Assembly (NCBI RefSeq): GCF_000014265.1
Contig: NC_008312.1
Location: forward strand, 4,260,001-4,292,000
Direction: 5' to 3'
From: Trichodesmium erythraeum IMS101
Lineage (GTDB): Bacteria > Cyanobacteriota > Cyanobacteriia > Cyanobacteriales > Microcoleaceae
DNA: 32,000 bases
Under the pieces are notes generated by a model. The model did no database searches. It was not told the origin of the DNA and worked only from the letters and a program-made list of their open reading frames with translations. Below are positions 10,484 through 20,400 of this stretch, one piece after another (position 1 is the first letter of the stretch; each line of letters starts with the position of its first letter). Position numbers and translations under genes: made by a program.

Positions 10484-10948
10484 ATGAAAAAGTCATTAGA
10501 AATTTCATCAATAAAATCTCAAAGTTGGTCTATTGAAAAGTTGCCTGGTTTAAGTAAAAAGGATCAAATATTACTAACAAAAAATGGTATTAATACTACT
10601 AGAAAATTATTGGAAATAACTAAAACTTCTGAAGAAAAATTAATCCTAGCAAGTCAATTAAAAATTAATGTTCAATCTGTAAAAAAATGGGTTGCATTAG
10701 CAGATTTAGCTAGAGTTCCTACTGTTGGTTGTGAATATTGCGGACTACTACTTCATGGGGGTATTGTTTCAGTTTCTCAACTATCTCAAACTTCTGTCCA
10801 TAAATTGCATCAACAAATACTTAAGCTACAAATATCAACTATGCAACGTCGTGACCTTTCTCCGGCGTTAGATTTAGTTAATAAATGGATTCAACAAGCT
10901 CAGTTTTTATCGCTCTATAGCAGGTTAAGGAAGAAAAAAGAGGTTTAA
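10484..10948 (+). CDS. DUF4332-like (helix-hairpin-helix) domain protein
   Basis: KLPGLSKKDQILLTKNGINTTRKLL and LADLARVPTVGCEYCGLLLHGGIVSVSQL resemble the two HhH-like units of small cyanobacterial DUF4332 proteins. Confidence 0.45.
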   Translation: MKKSLEISSIKSQSWSIEKLPGLSKKDQILLTKNGINTTRKLLEITKTSEEKLILASQLKINVQSVKKWVALADLARVPTVGCEYCGLLLHGGIVSVSQLSQTSVHKLHQQILKLQISTMQRRDLSPALDLVNKWIQQAQFLSLYSRLRKKKEV

Positions 10949-11217
10949 AAATCAGAAAAAGACTTCAATTTGCAGTGGATATTTTCCAGACACTTAAAAT
11001 TTTTCATGAGCTTGTTTCGACGGGGGAAAAAAATTTGTAGTAATGCTGGATATCGCTTTTGCTATATTGCTAAGGTAAGCCTCTGCGATCGCTGCTTGTG
11101 CAATTTACCCAATAATAGGGCGGTTGTCATTAGAGTAGGGGCTTTCTGGCTATTCGCTTTTGTTTGGTTTTACTTATGACTATGTGGTTGATAAATCTGA
11201 AAAGTGCTGTAAAGTGT

Positions 11218-11297
11218 CTGATTTTCGGTTTTCAAGGTCACCTATTTTAATTATTGTGGGCTGATCATGGCATAAAAATTAAGGGGTAAATATATCC
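11218..11297 (-). repeat. Right arm of the ~80-bp inverted repeat (partner of 10001-10079)
   Basis: See the left arm. The arms enclose about 1.14 kb. Confidence 0.45.
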
Positions 11298-11498
11298 GAC
11301 TTCCTCTTCTATAAATTGTCTGTTCCTTAGTAAAAACCTTGCATGCAACGTCCCTGCTTTTGTAATTAAAAAATGACAAAGTAAGATTTTTAGGACTTAC
11401 ACAAACTTGTAGATAATACACTATCTGTAGAGGGCAAATGCTATCTGAGGAGGGTAAATACTATTTGCCTCTACTGGAGGTTCTGCCTAAATTCCTGG

Positions 11499-11957
11499 CA
11501 GGGATGATTTTATCGCTCCCATAAGTACATTAATATTTGTTTTCTGTTTGTTAATGTTTAAACCTAAAACCTAAAACCTAAAACTTAAAACCTAAAATTA
11601 GCGATCGCTCCCATAAGTACATTGATATTTGTTTTCTGTTTGTTAATGTTTAAACCTAAAACCTAAAACCTAACACCTAAAACCTTAAATTAGCGATCGC
11701 TCCCATAAGTACATTGATATTTGTTTTCTGTTTGTTAATTTTTAAACCTAAAACCTAAAACCTAAAACTTCAAACCTAAAATTAGCGATCGCTCCCATAA
11801 GTACATTGATATTTGTTTTCTGTTTGTTAATGTTTAAACCTAAAACCTAAAACCTAAAACTTAAAACCTAAAATTAGCGATCGCTCCCATAAGTACATTG
11901 ATATTTGTTTTCTGTTTGTTAATTTTTAAACCTAAAACCTAAAACCTAAAACCTAAC
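11499..11957 (+). repeat. Tandem array: five head-to-tail copies of a 91-92-bp unit, each with a HIP1 site and a nested heptamer tract (AACCTAA)n
   Basis: CTCCCATAAGTAC recurs at 11516, 11608, 11700, 11792 and 11883. Each unit is GCGATCGC + CTCCCATAAGTACATTGATATTTGTTTTCTGTTTGTTAAT(G/T)TTT + 4-5 heptamers (CCTAAAA). The array ends 11 nt from the stop codon of the minus-strand gene at 11969. Confidence 0.9.
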
Positions 11958-11968
11958 TTGGCTTTGTT

Positions 11969-13429
11969 TCATTTGAGTCCGGGCAATTTCCACTCGCGGA
12001 TAGTTTTGGTAACGGCATCGCGAGTAGCCTCAGCTCCAAAACCCCAAGCTAGCAGAGCAAAATAATCTGTCCAAAGATTTGCTCCAAAGGTGGGTTGAGT
12101 GACATAAAGTTGTCTAAAGCCTGCACCCGCCAGGAGGAAAATTGCAATTGTATAACTTAATAATTGAAACAAAAATAGATTGCGGGCAGACCCTACAGGA
12201 TTAAGTTGTAGAGGTTGAACATCAGGAACTGGGTTAGGAAGGCGGGCAGGATAGGTGCTACTAACACCCCTGGAAGTTATGCTGAGGTTACTTTGAGCTT
12301 CATTGTTGGAAATTTGTTGTTGTTTAATGGCTTGGTCTAGTTGTTTGAGTTCATTATCAATCTCCTGCTCCCATCTTTGGAAAGCTTCTAGCTCAGTTGG
12401 AGAAAGATTATTTAATTCCTGCTGCAAGTATTGAGATATATCTCTAAGTGCTTGCTCTTGTTGTGCTGACCCAGTTAACTCATTTCTAAGATTATCGAAT
12501 CTCTCTAGTTTAGCTTCACCTCCCAGGTAACGAACCAGTTGTTGCCGCAAATCATTTAACTCTTTCCTCAACTGTTCGGGATTTTCTTTATCAGCTGTTT
12601 GTCGCTTAATATTCTCTAAGTAGCTACCTACTGTTTGTACATAGGGAGCATCAGTGGTGAGATTATCTAGATCTAGAAAGGAAGACTCAAATTCGGATAA
12701 AGCTAACCAGTCTTCTCTACTTTTTCGCCATTTATCCCAAGTTGTTTGAGCTTTTGCTACAGCTTGCTTTGCCTCATCCCATCGCTTGTTTGTTAAATCG
12801 GTGTCTACATCAATTAGATATCCATTGATTTTTACCTGAAATGATTTTACTAGTTCTGGGTCAGCTTTCATCTGAGTGCGAATGCGGCTAACTAGCACCA
12901 CAATTTCATCACGGTTTCTGCCATCAGTACGGTAGGCAGACATGCCAATACTTACCATAACGCCTAATAGCAAGAGGAATATTGGTCCCAGCCAATGATC
13001 TTTTACTCGTACAATTATAGGTATAACCAGTTGTCCATCAGAATGGATGGCTAGTAAAACACCACTAAATTCACCACTTTTGGCATCGTTTAAGTTGAAT
13101 TCAACTGGGATAGTCAGTGGTTGATTTGGTTCCACTGAGGTTGTGGACAAAATTGGATTAATCGCGCTACCTTGTAAAACGGTGGTTCCATCGGTTCGAT
13201 CCAAATCTAGGCTGAGTATTTGTAAGTTTGCGATGGCCTGATTAGTTTGTAAAACTAGACGGCGCTTCAGGACAGGACAGTAAAAAAAAACTGGACATTT
13301 AGTTCCTACTACGGTTAAATTGGATGGGGTTATGGTAACTTTTGGTTCAGCTTTCACAGGAGGTGCTACCAATACCAAGTTTAGAGCTAGACTCAATAGT
13401 ACCATCATAGTTTTTTGACCGCGCATCAT
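11969..13429 (-). CDS. Secreted/membrane protein: signal peptide, beta-rich ectodomain, TM helix, long cytoplasmic coiled coil, two C-terminal TM helices
   Basis: ORF 11969..13462. The ATG at 13429 (MMRGQKTMMVLLSLALNLVLVAPPVKA/EP) has AGGAG about 8 nt upstream and gives a canonical signal peptide. TM helix LGPIFLLLLGVMVSIGMSAY. Q/E/L-rich heptad region (LRKELNDLRQQLVRYL, ELKQLDQAIKQQQ). C-terminal hydrophobic helices LFLFQLLSYTIAIFLLAGAGF and YFALLAWGFGAEA. Confidence 0.7.
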   Translation of the reverse strand: MMRGQKTMMVLLSLALNLVLVAPPVKAEPKVTITPSNLTVVGTKCPVFFYCPVLKRRLVLQTNQAIANLQILSLDLDRTDGTTVLQGSAINPILSTTSVEPNQPLTIPVEFNLNDAKSGEFSGVLLAIHSDGQLVIPIIVRVKDHWLGPIFLLLLGVMVSIGMSAYRTDGRNRDEIVVLVSRIRTQMKADPELVKSFQVKINGYLIDVDTDLTNKRWDEAKQAVAKAQTTWDKWRKSREDWLALSEFESSFLDLDNLTTDAPYVQTVGSYLENIKRQTADKENPEQLRKELNDLRQQLVRYLGGEAKLERFDNLRNELTGSAQQEQALRDISQYLQQELNNLSPTELEAFQRWEQEIDNELKQLDQAIKQQQISNNEAQSNLSITSRGVSSTYPARLPNPVPDVQPLQLNPVGSARNLFLFQLLSYTIAIFLLAGAGFRQLYVTQPTFGANLWTDYFALLAWGFGAEATRDAVTKTIREWKLPGLK

Positions 13430-13669
13430 ACTAGTTCTCCTGATTCTTTGATTACCTAACATTTTGTTAAAGTATAATTATTATCTGTTATGATACCCCA
13501 GTTTTCCTGCACGGTAAATCATGGTAGGGAGGTTGCATTTATGGAGGTTTCGCTATGGGATATGAAACGCATTTTTGTGATGCAAGGTCCGTACAAAGTT
13601 TTAGTTATGGCGATGTTGTTTATCAATTTGAAAAGGGCTGTAAGTTTAGTTTTTGATAATTATCTTTGT

Positions 13670-14851
13670 TTAATCATGGCTATAGCGATAATCTGCAACT
13701 ATCATATCCCCTAGTCCTTCTGTCTTGGCAGTTGGTTCTTGAATTTCTTCATCATTCTCGATACTCCAACGACGAAGACTATGGAGCACATAAGTCTTAA
13801 GATCGTCTACAGTCACGAAACCCTTTTTCTCCCGGTCTGCATCACCGCTGAGTCCTTCTATTAGGTAGTGGGTGAAGACTCCAGAATTTTTCTCTGGTGA
13901 CTCTAGGGCTTTTTGCTGTGCTGTACTCGCGGCAATTAAGGCAAAACCTTCAGCTAATTCATAAGCATTTTGAATGAATTGGGGCTCGTCAATTCCTCGT
14001 CCGGTTTCGACTCCCATATGACAAGCATCCAATGTCAGTACTAAACGTCTTGCTTTGCTAGAATGCATGGATTTTTTTATGTCGGCTAGAGACAAACCTG
14101 TTTTTTCGATGGTTGGTAAACGGGTATCCCTGACTATGAGCATAGGTTGTTCATCGCGCCCAAGTTTACCGTGACAAGCAAAATACACCAGCAATAGGTC
14201 ATCTACATCGACCATATTGCATAGGTTAATTAATTCAGCTTCTATATTGTTGTGGATGGGGAAGCGGCGGCTATCAGATTCAAGATCATCATGTAAACAC
14301 ATGACTGTGTATCCAAGTTCTTTGAGTTTCTTTTCTAATTTTTGCACATCTTTTACACAGAATTTTAACTTGTGAACTCCTGGATCATTATAGCGGTTGA
14401 CTCCTACCAAAAAAGCCCAACGATTTTTTATGGGTTGACGTTTTTCTTCTTCGAGCTTTCTTTTTTTTGTGCCTCGAATTGTAGTTTCTGTCTTGGTTTC
14501 TGGTTTAAGGTTATCCAGAGTTGAGTTATCTGCAAAAGCATTTTCCAGTTCTATAATTAGATTGACTAGTTGTTGGTGACGTTGATCTTCTTCTTCGATT
14601 AAATCTTTTAAGAGACGTAACAGTAAGACAAGAGCATTTTCTTTGGTGTCACTGTGATATTTGTTATGTAAATAGCTAATTACTAAGTTTACTCTACTGG
14701 CCATACTGTTGGCTTGGGGTAAAAAACGCCAAGGTCTTAGTGGTTGATAAGTGGAAACAATAGACTGAAGGGCGCGATCGCTCTCAAATTGTTCACAGTC
14801 TAACAGAAATTGACGCAATTTTTGATATAGTTCAGGGGGAATGCCAGCCAT
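13670..14851 (-). CDS. Caspase-family (peptidase C14, orthocaspase/metacaspase-like) protease with N-terminal Death-like effector-associated adaptor domain (EAD-type)
   Basis: Intact His-Cys dyad: VYFACHGKLG (His codon 14170-14172) and LTLDACHMG (Cys codon 14011-14013). WAFLVGVNRYN is a typical p20 start. The N-terminal ~85 aa (14597-14851) are homologous to the C-terminus of the 500-aa protein and the N-terminus of the 372-aa protein. Confidence 0.85.
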   Translation of the reverse strand: MAGIPPELYQKLRQFLLDCEQFESDRALQSIVSTYQPLRPWRFLPQANSMASRVNLVISYLHNKYHSDTKENALVLLLRLLKDLIEEEDQRHQQLVNLIIELENAFADNSTLDNLKPETKTETTIRGTKKRKLEEEKRQPIKNRWAFLVGVNRYNDPGVHKLKFCVKDVQKLEKKLKELGYTVMCLHDDLESDSRRFPIHNNIEAELINLCNMVDVDDLLLVYFACHGKLGRDEQPMLIVRDTRLPTIEKTGLSLADIKKSMHSSKARRLVLTLDACHMGVETGRGIDEPQFIQNAYELAEGFALIAASTAQQKALESPEKNSGVFTHYLIEGLSGDADREKKGFVTVDDLKTYVLHSLRRWSIENDEEIQEPTAKTEGLGDMIVADYRYSHD

Positions 14852-15063
14852 ATTATAAGTCTATCAAGGAATTTTGCCTATAGGACTGCCGCTATTATCG
14901 GACAATTTAACGCTGAGATGAATTTCAACCAGCAAGTTAATTGAGCGATACGCGAAACATTTTTTTTTACGTTGTATATTTTATCAAATTCTGAGATAAT
15001 TTAACACTAGTAGTGATTATTTTAACTGAGTATAAACTTATATGAATATTAAAAAAAATAAGG

Positions 15064-15153
15064 GTTTAGTCTTAATATCTTTAGAGGGACTAAAGTCGAA
15101 CTACAAGCCGAATTAATCTATGTTGGGTTTTGTGGCTTCAACCCAACCTACAA
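15064..15153 (+). repeat. Dispersed ~85-nt element, copy A (AATATC(T/C)TTAGAGG(G/A)A(C/A)TAAAGTC...GCCGAATTAATC(T/C)ATGTTGGGTT-N10-AACCCAAC)
   Basis: Collinear with 23041-23124 and 24310-24390. The 3' part forms a hairpin: GTTGGGTT / AACCCAAC with a 10-nt loop. Confidence 0.7.
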
Positions 15154-15186
15154 CTACTATGAGTTGCTGACGGCCTATTTGCTATA

Positions 15187-15582
15187 TTATTTTGTTGAAA
15201 AAAAACTACCAATAATATCAATGCCTCTACTGATCAGGGTTTTCCCTTTTTTTGATAGTTCTGATTCTTTTGACTCGCTGCTCTCAATAACCAAGTTTTC
15301 GATTATCTCCTTGGTTTCCTTTCCTGTGAGAGGAGTAGCACGACCATTTGCAGCTCGAGGATCTGGAATGCTATTAATGCGGATATTAAGAAAAGCATCT
15401 CGAATTTGCGGATGTTCATTACACCAGAGGGCTATGGCATCAGAGATTTTTTCAACATTATCTGGAAGCTTTTGAAGCAACTGCCGCAAATTAGTGCGTT
15501 CTTTTTCTTTGAATAAATTAGGTTGTTTTTTTATTAGGTCGACAAACTTTATTATATTTTCTTCGTATTTAGATAATGACAT
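15187..15582 (-). CDS. Small helical hypothetical protein (131 aa) of the caspase/CHAT module
   Basis: ATG at 15582 preceded by AGGAGG 5 nt upstream (GTCAATAGGAGGAAAAATG). It has the same orientation as all neighbouring genes. No family recognised. Confidence 0.6.
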   Translation of the reverse strand: MSLSKYEENIIKFVDLIKKQPNLFKEKERTNLRQLLQKLPDNVEKISDAIALWCNEHPQIRDAFLNIRINSIPDPRAANGRATPLTGKETKEIIENLVIESSESKESELSKKGKTLISRGIDIIGSFFSTK

Positions 15583-15777
15583 TTTTCCTCCTATTGACTA
15601 ATAGTACAAAATACAACTCAGTAAAAGGGCGATTCAAAGGGCCGAGCGTTCTCTGACATTTTACAGCATATTTCAGATTTATCAGGTACCCCCAAACCGT
15701 CAATATACTGGTAATATATGATTTTTAGCATTTACCCTGTACATCATTCGCCCGAAATCTGCTGTGTCTATATTTTT

Positions 15778-17280
15778 TTATAAACAATACTTAAGCTTTT
15801 CTGCTAATTCAGATAAAGTTTGATTCCGAGTATCTGCTGGATCAATTGTACTACTAAGGGAGTTTACCAAAATAACCAGTACATTCTCATTGGTATCGCT
15901 ACGATACTTATTTACTAAAAAGCCAATCACTAGTCTGACTCGTTGGGCCGTATTTTTACCTTCTGGTAAGCTATTGGCCCAAGGAGAGAGCCGAGCCTGA
16001 CCTTTGAAAAAACTTTGTAGTTCTTGATTAGTTTCAAATTGGTCACACTCTAACAGAGCTTTATACAGTTGATGACGAAGTTCGTCAGTAATTCCTCGGG
16101 TCTTGTTGCCAGAAGGTGTCTGAGTAAGGTTTTCCTTTATTGCGGCTTTTAGATTTTGCAGGTGAGTACGCTTAGGACTCAGGAATTCCAGATCTGCTTG
16201 AATTTGACTTTGCAATTTTTTGCGGATGTAATTTAAAAAATCTTCCCACAAACTTAAGTCAGTATCGGGTAGCTCCCCTAGCTTTTCTAGTTTCATCCTA
16301 TAATTTTTTTCATTAGTAGCAATGGTATTTTTGTGGGCTTCCAATTCCTCTAAGTAGTCAGCATACTTAATATCTATATCCTGTAATTCTACAAGTAATG
16401 GTCTAAGTTGTTCTTGCCTATTTGGTGATCGGGAAATTTGACGGAAGCTTTTCTTGTGCTGTTCTATTTTGCTATACAGTTGTTTGAGCTGACCCTCGCA
16501 CCCGCGAGATTGATGATAGATATACTGTATCTTATGACGACACCACAAAAGAAGAAGTATTAACTCGGATGCCTTATCCATTTTCTTTTCCTCTGGATCC
16601 AGATTTTGGCATTTCAACCAAACTAGAATATGAAGTCGCTGACTAGGGTCTTTATGTCGGCTTTCATATTCAAAAATCGGGTTTCCCAGTAAATGACCTG
16701 TATTTATTAGCTCAGTTCTATTTGTTGTTGGCAGTAATTTAGCAACACAAGCATCTGCAAAATCTTGATGGTTTTCCTGTAATTCACTTGGTTGTCCAAA
16801 AAGTAATAGGGTTTGCCCTAGAGAAGCTTGAATTTGTGAGGGGAGTAGTAGGTATTGGGGATTAAGTTGAGCTAGTTGAGATAGGAAAAAAGTGCTTTGA
16901 GAATGTAGGGTGAAATCTATTGCATAAGTATCGTGTACTCGGTATGGACAGAGTAATCCTTGAAGTTGCCTATCACCAGACTTGGAGGTTATTTCAAAGT
17001 CTAATTTGGTTTGTTGATTAGGTAATAAAATTTCATATTCACTTTCTAGGTTATCTTCTGCTGCGGGAAAATACTGGTTATTTTGATAACTAATTAGTTG
17101 TTGTTGCAGATTTTGCAGTTCTGGAATATTCAGCTTATTTCCCAAATCTACTAACTGTTCCCACAACCGGGGTGCTTTTGAAGTAGGTTTTAATCCCTGG
17201 TTGATACTGTTGCGCAGATGGAAAGCATAGAGTACAAGACTGGGACTATGCAGTCCTATGGTCTGGGGTATTTCTTTCAT
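15778..17280 (-). CDS. Hypothetical protein: unknown ~270-aa N-domain, coiled coil, C-terminal EAD-type adaptor domain
   Basis: The C-terminal 105 aa (15781-16095) read GITDELRHQLYKALLECDQFETNQELQSFFKGQARLSPWANSLPEGKNTAQRVRLVIGFLVNKYRSDTNENVLVILVNSL. They align with the caspase N-terminus at roughly 40% identity by eye. The middle region is heptad-rich (KYADYLEELEAHKNTIATNEKNYRMKLEKL). Confidence 0.7.
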   Translation of the reverse strand: MKEIPQTIGLHSPSLVLYAFHLRNSINQGLKPTSKAPRLWEQLVDLGNKLNIPELQNLQQQLISYQNNQYFPAAEDNLESEYEILLPNQQTKLDFEITSKSGDRQLQGLLCPYRVHDTYAIDFTLHSQSTFFLSQLAQLNPQYLLLPSQIQASLGQTLLLFGQPSELQENHQDFADACVAKLLPTTNRTELINTGHLLGNPIFEYESRHKDPSQRLHILVWLKCQNLDPEEKKMDKASELILLLLWCRHKIQYIYHQSRGCEGQLKQLYSKIEQHKKSFRQISRSPNRQEQLRPLLVELQDIDIKYADYLEELEAHKNTIATNEKNYRMKLEKLGELPDTDLSLWEDFLNYIRKKLQSQIQADLEFLSPKRTHLQNLKAAIKENLTQTPSGNKTRGITDELRHQLYKALLECDQFETNQELQSFFKGQARLSPWANSLPEGKNTAQRVRLVIGFLVNKYRSDTNENVLVILVNSLSSTIDPADTRNQTLSELAEKLKYCL

Positions 17281-17464
17281 TATTTGGGCAGTTTGGACTG
17301 GTAATCTTAAGTATTTATTGTATTATAATTTTCCAGAAAAGAGGAGGTAGGTAGGAAGTTTACATCTAACCTCCCTAGGGAGTAGGGAAGTAATTGATGA
17401 TTTCTGTGGTATAATTGACTAGATTTTTTCTTATTGGAGATGTGTGATTGAAGTTTTTTCATTA

Positions 17465-20400
17465 TTAGCCGATCGCGCAAAACCCTGCCCAGTAGAATGG
17501 TGATTCAAAGGGCTGATACTTATCTGACATTTGATGCAAACGACAGGCTAGATTCATTTCCAGGGTTGGACTCAGGGGGATTTTATTTTCTAAAATCCAT
17601 TTTTCCAACTCTTTTTTGGTTAGGTCTCGCAGCCAAAGTTGAGCTTGGTTAAGAGCGATCGCTACATTAGTCTGCTCCTGGGAATTTAGCAAATTTTTAT
17701 ACAACTGAATCATCAAAAGGGCTGTGGAGAGGTCATTAACAGTCCAGAGACTACTAACCACACTTGGACTCCCTGCATAGAGAAAACCGCTGGGCAGACC
17801 AATATATTCATCCCCAAGGGATTTAAAATCGCTCAGGCCTGTTTCGCAGGCGGAGAGGCTGGTGAGGCGACATTGACGCAAGTCTAAGGCGAAAATATCC
17901 CCTAAAGTTAGGCATTTTTCCAAATTAATCCCATTTCCATCTGCAGTTTCCTGAGGAGTTGGAGTTGTACTCCCTGCCAACAGCAGAGCAGAATCAATAG
18001 GCGATTTAAAATTAAAATAACCGCGACAGGCAAAATGAGCCACGTTGGTTTCAGCCAGACGTTCCTGGGTGAGGGCAGTTTTGGTAGCTTGTTGTCGTTC
18101 TAAGACGTCATCGTTAGGATAAAAGTCAGCGCGAATAGTGGCAACTTCTGGCTCGGTAAAACTGAGGTCTTCTGTAGGGTTCGTGACACTGAAAAAATGT
18201 TTGAGTGAGGAACGGTTCCAGGTTTGACTCAGTTGCAGCAGTTGGAGGCTGGGAGCATAGCTGAGACTTCCAGGAAAGCGCTCCATGAGTAAATCTCCAT
18301 TGGCTAAAGGCATGGCATGGAGGGGAAATAGGTGTAGGAACCGATGGGGAATGAGGATGAGGCGGTCGCATTTCTTTCCTTGCTGGTAAAAAATCTCGCC
18401 GACCTGGGTGAGGAGGCCATCGATATCAAGAATCTCGGCCAACCTTTTGAGGTTGGAGGCTAAATGGTCTTGCCACTGTTTTTTGTCTTCTTGCAAATAT
18501 GCAGTCAAATAATCATCTCCCCAATTTACTAAGGCTTCAAGCGTTTTTTTGTCAGTTTGTTTGACTAGCAGACTGTTGGCGGTCAGAATAAAGGTGATAA
18601 TTTTATCCTTCGTAATATACCACTCAATTATGGTAGTGCTTTCATCAATTCGACTTTGGGTATCACTCCAAGAAATCGGCTCTACCCTCTGAGTCAGGCT
18701 GAAGCTGGAGTCTATAGGCTTGATCCGTTCAAGTGTCTCCTCTAGCTGTTGCCTTGATAGCTGCAATTCTTGTTGTAGCTGTTGCTGTGATGCCATGAGC
18801 GATCGCCGCTGGGGTTCTTCTGGTGGGCTTGTATTTCCAGATAGTCGCTCTAGAACTCCTTGTAACCGCCTTTCTAGTGATGGAATGGTGCTTCGTAGTC
18901 GATCTAGCTCGGCGATGATCTCTTGGGGAACATCGCCTTTAGGATAGATGTCGCGCTTGGCTAGAAGTTCGACTAGGTTGCGAGTTTTGCTGCGTTCGGC
19001 TGTTTTGAAGGCTTGATCCCATTGCTCTAAATTGATGTATGTTTGCACCAGATTTTGATAAACTGATATTGCTTCTGCTATAATCTCTTGGCGGCGTTTG
19101 TCGGTAGTTGCCCAACTGCGGCTGAGTTCCACTGCAGCTATGGCTTTTTCATAGTTGTCGGCTGCGAGTTGCCAGTTTTGGTTGTCGAAATATAGGTAGC
19201 CTAAGTTGTTGGTGGTTTGTAGATGGTCGATGGGGTTTGCTTCCAGGGTACGCACCAGCAAAGCTTGTTGGAATGCAGCAATGGCGACTTCAATATTTTC
19301 GGCTTTTTCTCCCCTTATTCTGTAAATGTAGGCAGCGCCGAGATTATTTTGAGTCATTGCCCAGTCCATGGGGAAGTCAGTTTGGGTGAGTACCTGTAAA
19401 GCTTGTTGGTATTCAGCAATGGCAGCTTCAATATTTTCGGCTTTGTCTCCCCTTATTCTGTAAATGTAGGCAGCGCCGAGATTATTTTGAGTTGTTGCCC
19501 AGTCCATGGGGAAGTCTGTTTGGGTGCGCACCAGCAAAGCTTGTTGGTATGCAGCAATGGCGGCTTCAATATTTTCGGCTTTGTCTCCCCTTATTCTGTA
19601 AATGTAGGCATTGCCGAGATTATTTTGAGTTCTTGCCCAGTCCATGGGTAAGTCAGTTTGGGTGTACACCAGCAAAGCTTGTTGGTATGCAGCAATGGCA
19701 GATTCAATATTTTCGGTTTTGTCTCCCCTTATTCTGTCACTGTAGGCAGCGCCGAGATGATTTTGAGTCATTGCCCAGTCGATGGGTAAGTCAGTTTGGG
19801 TGCGCACCAGCAAAGCTTGTTGGCATGCAGCAATGGCAGCTTCAATATTTTCGGCTTTGTCTCCCCTTATTCTGTAAATGTAGGCAACGCCGAGATTATT
19901 TTGAGTCATTGCCCAGTCGATGGGTAAGTCAGTTTGGGTGCGCACCAGCAAAGCTTGTTGGCATGCAGCAATGGCAGCTTCAATATTTTCGGCTTTGTCT
20001 CCCCTTATTCTGTAAATGTAGGCAACGCCGAGATTATTTTGAGTCATTGCCCAGTCCATGGGTAAGTCAGTTTGGGTGAACACCAGCAAAGCTTGTTGGC
20101 ATGCAGCAATAGCAGCTTCAATATTTTCGGCTTTGTCTCCCCTTATTCTTTCTCTGTAGGCATTGCCGAGATTGTTTTGAGTTCCTGCCCAGTTGATGGG
20201 GAAGTCAGTTTGGGTGTACACCAGCAAAGCTTGTTGGCATGCAGCAATGGCAGCTTCAATATTTTCGGCTTTGTCTCCCCTTATTCTGTAAATGTAGGCA
20301 ACGCCGAGATGATTTTGAGTTCCTGCCCAGTCCACGGGGAAGTCAGTTTGGGTGCGCACCAGCAAAGCTTGTTGGCATGCAGCAATGGCAGCTTCAATAT

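Noticed and set aside
11499-11957. Possible CRISPR array (regular ~92-bp periodicity)
   Set aside because: The whole 92-bp unit is conserved, including what would be the spacer. There are no unique spacers and no cas genes in the window. It is a minisatellite.
11560-11957. Telomere-like heptamer (CCTAAAA / TTTTAGG resembles plant CCCTAAA)
   Set aside because: It is interstitial, interrupted every 92 bp, and not the exact telomeric unit. It is consistent with cyanobacterial STRR-type heptamers.
11969-13462. Bacterial gasdermin next to the caspase
   Set aside because: The protein has a signal peptide, TM helices and a coiled coil, and it is twice the size of bacterial gasdermins. Only the functional analogy is retained, as a hypothesis.
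15164-15475. 103-aa plus-strand ORF overlapping the 131-aa minus-strand ORF
   Set aside because: It has no RBS, it is opposite in orientation to the operon, and its composition is hydrophobic and low-complexity. The minus-strand ORF has a strong AGGAGG at optimal spacing.
18126-18947. 81-aa (minus) and 75-aa (plus) ORFs inside the CHAT gene, and 62-66-aa plus ORFs at 21143-22222
   Set aside because: They are alternative-frame or antisense ORFs within a continuous 1711-codon gene. The compositions are Pro/Ser/Cys-rich and typical of off-frame translation.
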